Below are positions 59,842-64,000 of a DNA stretch of 64,000 bases, piece by piece. The stretch is from Candidatus Hydrogenedentota bacterium (GTDB lineage: Bacteria > Hydrogenedentota > Hydrogenedentia > Hydrogenedentales > SLHB01). Position 1 is the first letter of the stretch, and every line of letters starts with the position of its first letter. The notes under the pieces are model-generated. The model did not search any database, was not told the DNA's origin, and was given only the letters and a program-made list of their open reading frames with translations. Location of the stretch: the NCBI GenBank assembly GCA_963745075.1, contig CAVUWV010000023.1, positions 1 through 64,000 of the forward strand, in the 5' to 3' direction. Position numbers and translations under genes: made by a program.

Positions 59842-60353
59842 CACCAGACTCTCCCGTTCTACCGACCGAACCCCGCCGAATCCTTCACAAATCCACCAGT
59901 TTACTTGGTCTGTAAAGGGCAAGATTCGGGCCAAGTTTTGGGCGTGGTTGGTTCCGACCCCTTAAGTGGCATTTCAAAAGGGACTTATGAGGGGAGCGCG
60001 TACCCTCGACCGTAGCCTGGGCGAGGTCGGTAGCGGCTTGATTGGGTCTCGGTAGCATTTGTGTTATTCACATATGATAAATTACTAATCAATGTTGAAT
60101 ATCTATTTGCCAGTACATCAGCGGGTTGGCCCACATCCCAACGTGGGTCCCATGCGATTGGGTTGAAGTAGGAGCAAGGCCACGAGTGTTTGCGAGAGGC
60201 GTTTGACTCGGGCGGGCATACCAACGGAATCGGCAGATGATACTTCCGTATTATTTTAGCATACTTATATGTTCCAACGTGCTATGCTCTATCTGCCGAA
60301 ATCCGGTTTTCGGCACGGTGCATGGGGGCATGCCGAAGCAGGAGTATCTACCG

Positions 60354-61700
60354 ATGAAATCCTTCCATCGATCACGTGGACTATGTCTGGTCCTCGCCGT
60401 GGGGACAATCGCGGGCCTACTCGGGGTGGGTTGTCCTCGTCCGGAGGAAGACCGCGCGCTGGAACTCGACTTGGTTGTGGCGGACGCGGGGCTCGCGCCG
60501 GACTTGAAGAACGACGTGGATTCGCCGTTCAACTATGCGCGAATCCTGGTCTATCAAGATGTTCTTCGCGAAGACAGCCAACAGGAACCGGATCTGGTGC
60601 TGAGCGGGGAAACTATCCCCGAACTTCAGCACCCGGTCAGCATCGTCGTCGACTTCGGTGCACTTTACGTGTGTGACGATGTCTACGGCGCCGTCTTGTG
60701 CTGGCAGAACCTTCTCCGCTATGTCCACGGGCACGAAGACAATCTATCGCCCGACATTGTCTTCGATGGGAACGGCGCAGTTGGAGAACCCGTGGACGTC
60801 GTGTCGGACTTTCGGGCGCTTTATGTGGCCGACTTGTCCCCGCAGAATACGAAAGAATGCTGCGGCGCGGTGCACATCTTCGTGGATGCGTTCTATCTTC
60901 ACGCGGACCAAGCGCCCGACTACACGCTCACGGACCCATCGATACCGGTCAACCTTGCCCTCGGCGATGACCGGCTCTATGTGGCGGACGCGGGGTTGAG
61001 CCGCGTTCTGGTCTATGACGTGTCGGGCATCCCGTATACAGACAAGGCGATTACTCCCGATTTCGTCGAATTGAGTGGACCCTCCTGGCGGGGGCTGGAC
61101 TCCCAGGCCCCCATCACCCCAACCGGGGTGGCGGTCTTCGACAACCGATTGTACGTAACCACATTGTCGAATATTCTTTTCACCTTCAGCCCGGCGGACA
61201 GTCTGCAGGATTACCAGGAGCCGGACGCCGTTATCGCGGAAACGAGCGGTGCGTTGGACGCACCGATGGCGATGGCCCAGGTGGGCGACCGGTTGTTTGT
61301 AGGCAATCAGAATATCCCGCCACTGATCGTAGGGAGGACGATTGGTGATGCGAAGGCCAACACGGTGGGCATGGTGGGATTCGACGTTTCGCAGGGTCTG
61401 GTCGATGGGCAACAACCGTCGATCGTGTTCGACACGTCAAACGCCCAAATCCCGGCCGTTCGCGAACTCTTTTCGACGTACGACGTGCTGGTCAGTGCCA
61501 CGTCCGCTCCCGTGGACACCATCGTGCGCCTCCCGCTTGTGGACCCGCGTTATCCCGTGGGCGACGTTCACATCCTTCGGCATGCGGACAAACTGCATTC
61601 CGGAAGACCCGGCGATCTGGTGCTGCCCGCCCTTAAAGATTTTGTCGGTCCGTTGAGCATCGACGGCACATATTTTATCGAAGGGGCCTCGGCAAACTGA
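60354..61700 (+). CDS. Lipoprotein with NHL-like beta-propeller repeats
   Basis: Lipobox GVGC; repeated P..+.....LYVAD/LFVGN units with PD-linker spacing. Confidence 0.75.
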   Translation: MKSFHRSRGLCLVLAVGTIAGLLGVGCPRPEEDRALELDLVVADAGLAPDLKNDVDSPFNYARILVYQDVLREDSQQEPDLVLSGETIPELQHPVSIVVDFGALYVCDDVYGAVLCWQNLLRYVHGHEDNLSPDIVFDGNGAVGEPVDVVSDFRALYVADLSPQNTKECCGAVHIFVDAFYLHADQAPDYTLTDPSIPVNLALGDDRLYVADAGLSRVLVYDVSGIPYTDKAITPDFVELSGPSWRGLDSQAPITPTGVAVFDNRLYVTTLSNILFTFSPADSLQDYQEPDAVIAETSGALDAPMAMAQVGDRLFVGNQNIPPLIVGRTIGDAKANTVGMVGFDVSQGLVDGQQPSIVFDTSNAQIPAVRELFSTYDVLVSATSAPVDTIVRLPLVDPRYPVGDVHILRHADKLHSGRPGDLVLPALKDFVGPLSIDGTYFIEGASAN

Positions 61701-61715
61701 TTTGGCCGGACCAAC

Positions 61716-64000
61716 TCATTCCCTTGGCAGCCATTGCACGGCGTCGCCGACGACGTAGCCGTCCGTACCCTTGACGCTTACCTCGACCATGCCGTCGTTG
61801 GCCGCGGTGAAGGCGTACACCCCAAGGGAAATGAACGGTGACAATTTCCCCTGTTTTGCGCGTTCGTTCACTGTGACCGTGACCGGACCGTCCGCCGTGT
61901 GAATGGTGACAGGCACGTTGGTGGCGCGGTTGGGGTCGGCGGAGTAGGAGAAGCGCACTTCGTATCTGCCCGCCTTGGGGAGTTCCGGCACGTAGCGCAA
62001 ACGCGCGTCGTCCTGCTCAGCTTCGGCGAGTTCGTGGATGTAATCGTACCCGACGTAGGGGCCGACGGAGGTGCTGCGCCGCCATTGGCCGATCGGTTCG
62101 GCCTGGTTGTTGTCGATGACGATGCCGTCCAACTCCGACACCTTCACGTAGGGCGCGCCCACATCGTCCGGACCGAGGATTTGATTCTGTTCGTGGAGTC
62201 GCGCTTGCAGTTCGTCGATGGGCACGTCCTGCACGAAGACTTTGTCGCGGACCGCCAGCGCCGCCGCTACACCTGCCGCGTGGCCCATGATCATGTATTG
62301 CGGTTCCATACGAATCGATGAATACGCCACGTGCGACGCGGAACAACACACCGGCACGATCAGGTTCGTTGCCTGATCGCGCTTCGGCACGAGGGCGCGA
62401 TACGAAATCTCGTAGGGTTGCACCGGCACCTGCATGTCGCCTTCGTTGATGACCGAGGGTTCATCGCCCGGGAAATCATCCGGTCCGGCCAGAATCCGTT
62501 GCACGTGATGCGAATCCGAGTTGTACGACCCCATGCCGATGGAGTCGGGTTTCTCGCGATCGGTCTGGAGATCCTTTTGTTGCATGACGTACTCGCCGAC
62601 CATGCGGCGCGCTTCGCGGATGTACATCTGGTGCGGCCAATGGTCGGTGTCCTGGAATTCGTCGGCGGACGGTCCCCACTGGTGGGCGTCCTGCTGCAAC
62701 GGTTCCGGCACGCTCGGATCGTTGGCGAGGAAGTAATAAAAGCCCTGGATATACCGGAGCGTCTCGTCCCAGATTTCTTTGCGGCGCTCGTAGGTACCTT
62801 CCGGATAGTCCCAACTCCCGCCGATATAGTCGGTGGATATGGGCCCCCGGTTGTTGACGTCCGTTTTGGCCTCGGGCATGGGACTCAGAATCATCACGTC
62901 GTTCATCAAGAGGTCCGGATTCGCCTGAAGGTATCGCTTCAACAATTCGTAGCGCGCGGGATCGTAGTCCTCGGGTTTGGGGAAGGGCAGCCGGTTCTCC
63001 GGACGATTCGTAAGGCAGAGTCGGAAATTGTAGGCCTGCACTTTGCGGTCGCCGTGCCCCGGCGCGCCGGAAGGCCCGCGATAGATCAATGGAAGGAGTT
63101 CGCCGTTCGCATTGTAAGGATCCAACGGCTCGGGAAACTGGTGTTTGGGACTGCGCGCGATGCGCCCCGCGAGGGATTCGCCGTATACGGCCTGACTCTC
63201 GCGGCCCCACGTGTACAGCACGCCCGCCCGATACATCAGGTCACCCTCGTAGGAGCAGTCCGTAAAGACCTTCGCTCGGTACACCGTGCCATCGTCCATG
63301 ACCATCGCGGTGACTTGGGTTCCGTCCTTATCCACGGAATCGACGCGTTGGCCGAACACCACTCTCACGCCCGCCTCTTCGAGCCAGATGCGGAACTCCG
63401 CTTCGGCAACGTGCGGTTCGAAGAACCAGGAAATATCCTCGCCGTAGTGTTTGCCCAACCGCTCAAAGAAGTGCCGCGACATGCCGCCGATGACGCTTTG
63501 GTTGCCGTAGTCCGTGCGGCCCAGGCCGCCGGAGACCATGCCGCCGATATGCGCGCCGGGTTCGATAAGGATGACGTTCATACCCTCGTTCGCCGCGGCG
63601 ATGGCCGTGATCGCGCCGCCCGCCGTGCCGCCGTAGACGACCACGTCGTAGGCCTCGCCTTCCGGTTCGGACCCATGCACACCCGCGCGCCAATTGCCGA
63701 CGGCTTCGGAGGTGCGCAGGTAACGGTCGTACACGCGGAGCGATTCGATAGAGACACCGGTATAGTCTGCAAACCGGATCAATTTCGAGCCGTTGCAGTC
63801 GATCAACGCGGGATCGATGCGGTACCAGCCCTGAGGCCTTGCATCGCGGCCGTCGCACAGCATGCCGTCCACGACGAAGGTGACGATGCGGGGACCACCG
63901 TCCGCCGTGATCGCGACGTGGTGCAAGCCGGGTTCGGCCAGCACGTCCGGATCGCTCGCGTAGGATTGCGTCGTCGCGCCGTCGGATGCGGTCAATTGGA
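61716..64000 (-). CDS. FAD-dependent oxidoreductase with N-terminal LamG-like and C-terminal Golvesin/Xly CBD-like domains (5' truncated by the window)
   Basis: DVVVYGGTAGG, IGGMVSGGLG, YIREARR, SHVAYSSIRMEP; HHVAITADG..LRVYDRYL; NRATNVPV..VGDAVQW. Confidence 0.88.
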   Translation of the reverse strand, partial: QLTASDGATTQSYASDPDVLAEPGLHHVAITADGGPRIVTFVVDGMLCDGRDARPQGWYRIDPALIDCNGSKLIRFADYTGVSIESLRVYDRYLRTSEAVGNWRAGVHGSEPEGEAYDVVVYGGTAGGAITAIAAANEGMNVILIEPGAHIGGMVSGGLGRTDYGNQSVIGGMSRHFFERLGKHYGEDISWFFEPHVAEAEFRIWLEEAGVRVVFGQRVDSVDKDGTQVTAMVMDDGTVYRAKVFTDCSYEGDLMYRAGVLYTWGRESQAVYGESLAGRIARSPKHQFPEPLDPYNANGELLPLIYRGPSGAPGHGDRKVQAYNFRLCLTNRPENRLPFPKPEDYDPARYELLKRYLQANPDLLMNDVMILSPMPEAKTDVNNRGPISTDYIGGSWDYPEGTYERRKEIWDETLRYIQGFYYFLANDPSVPEPLQQDAHQWGPSADEFQDTDHWPHQMYIREARRMVGEYVMQQKDLQTDREKPDSIGMGSYNSDSHHVQRILAGPDDFPGDEPSVINEGDMQVPVQPYEISYRALVPKRDQATNLIVPVCCSASHVAYSSIRMEPQYMIMGHAAGVAAALAVRDKVFVQDVPIDELQARLHEQNQILGPDDVGAPYVKVSELDGIVIDNNQAEPIGQWRRSTSVGPYVGYDYIHELAEAEQDDARLRYVPELPKAGRYEVRFSYSADPNRATNVPVTIHTADGPVTVTVNERAKQGKLSPFISLGVYAFTAANDGMVEVSVKGTDGYVVGDAVQWLPRE

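Noticed and set aside
60055..60120. AT-rich tract as an origin or ncRNA
   Set aside because: No DnaA boxes or stable structure seen; most simply a divergent promoter region

Overview
GC-rich bacterial chromosome segment. Its gene content (secreted glycan-active proteins, GCP-type lipoproteins, an ECF/Ser-Thr kinase pair, REP-like palindromes) suggests Candidatus Hydrogenedentes or a PVC-like lineage; this is an inference. At least 11 genes are split by frameshifts, including housekeeping htpG and ctaB, most likely long-read indel errors, so genes were reconstructed by hand and many starts are approximate. Content in order: sialidase-like and GH29 genes; an ECF sigma, a kinase-RDD-pseudokinase-RDD protein and a catalytically degenerate ClpA/B-like protein; a second ECF with its zinc anti-sigma; heparinase-like and other large secreted proteins; two toxin-antitoxin clusters; a YtrA-type GntR/ABC operon; an SSS transporter with a C-terminal extra domain; a peptidoglycan-recycling operon (nucleophile-less GH1, probable kinase-MurQ fusion, SpoIID, divergent AnmK); dprA; PhyH/SolA genes; ctaB-sco-DUF420; htpG; tilS-hpt; two stand-alone MshEN/GSPII_N paralogs; and an FAD oxidoreductase. 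Several families of long palindromes and hexamer repeats lie between genes. No rRNA, tRNA, CRISPR array, integrase or transposase was recognised. The best candidates for undescribed biology are the non-canonical PG-recycling operon and the ECF-kinase-pseudoClp module. All family assignments come from motif recognition by eye, not from database searches.
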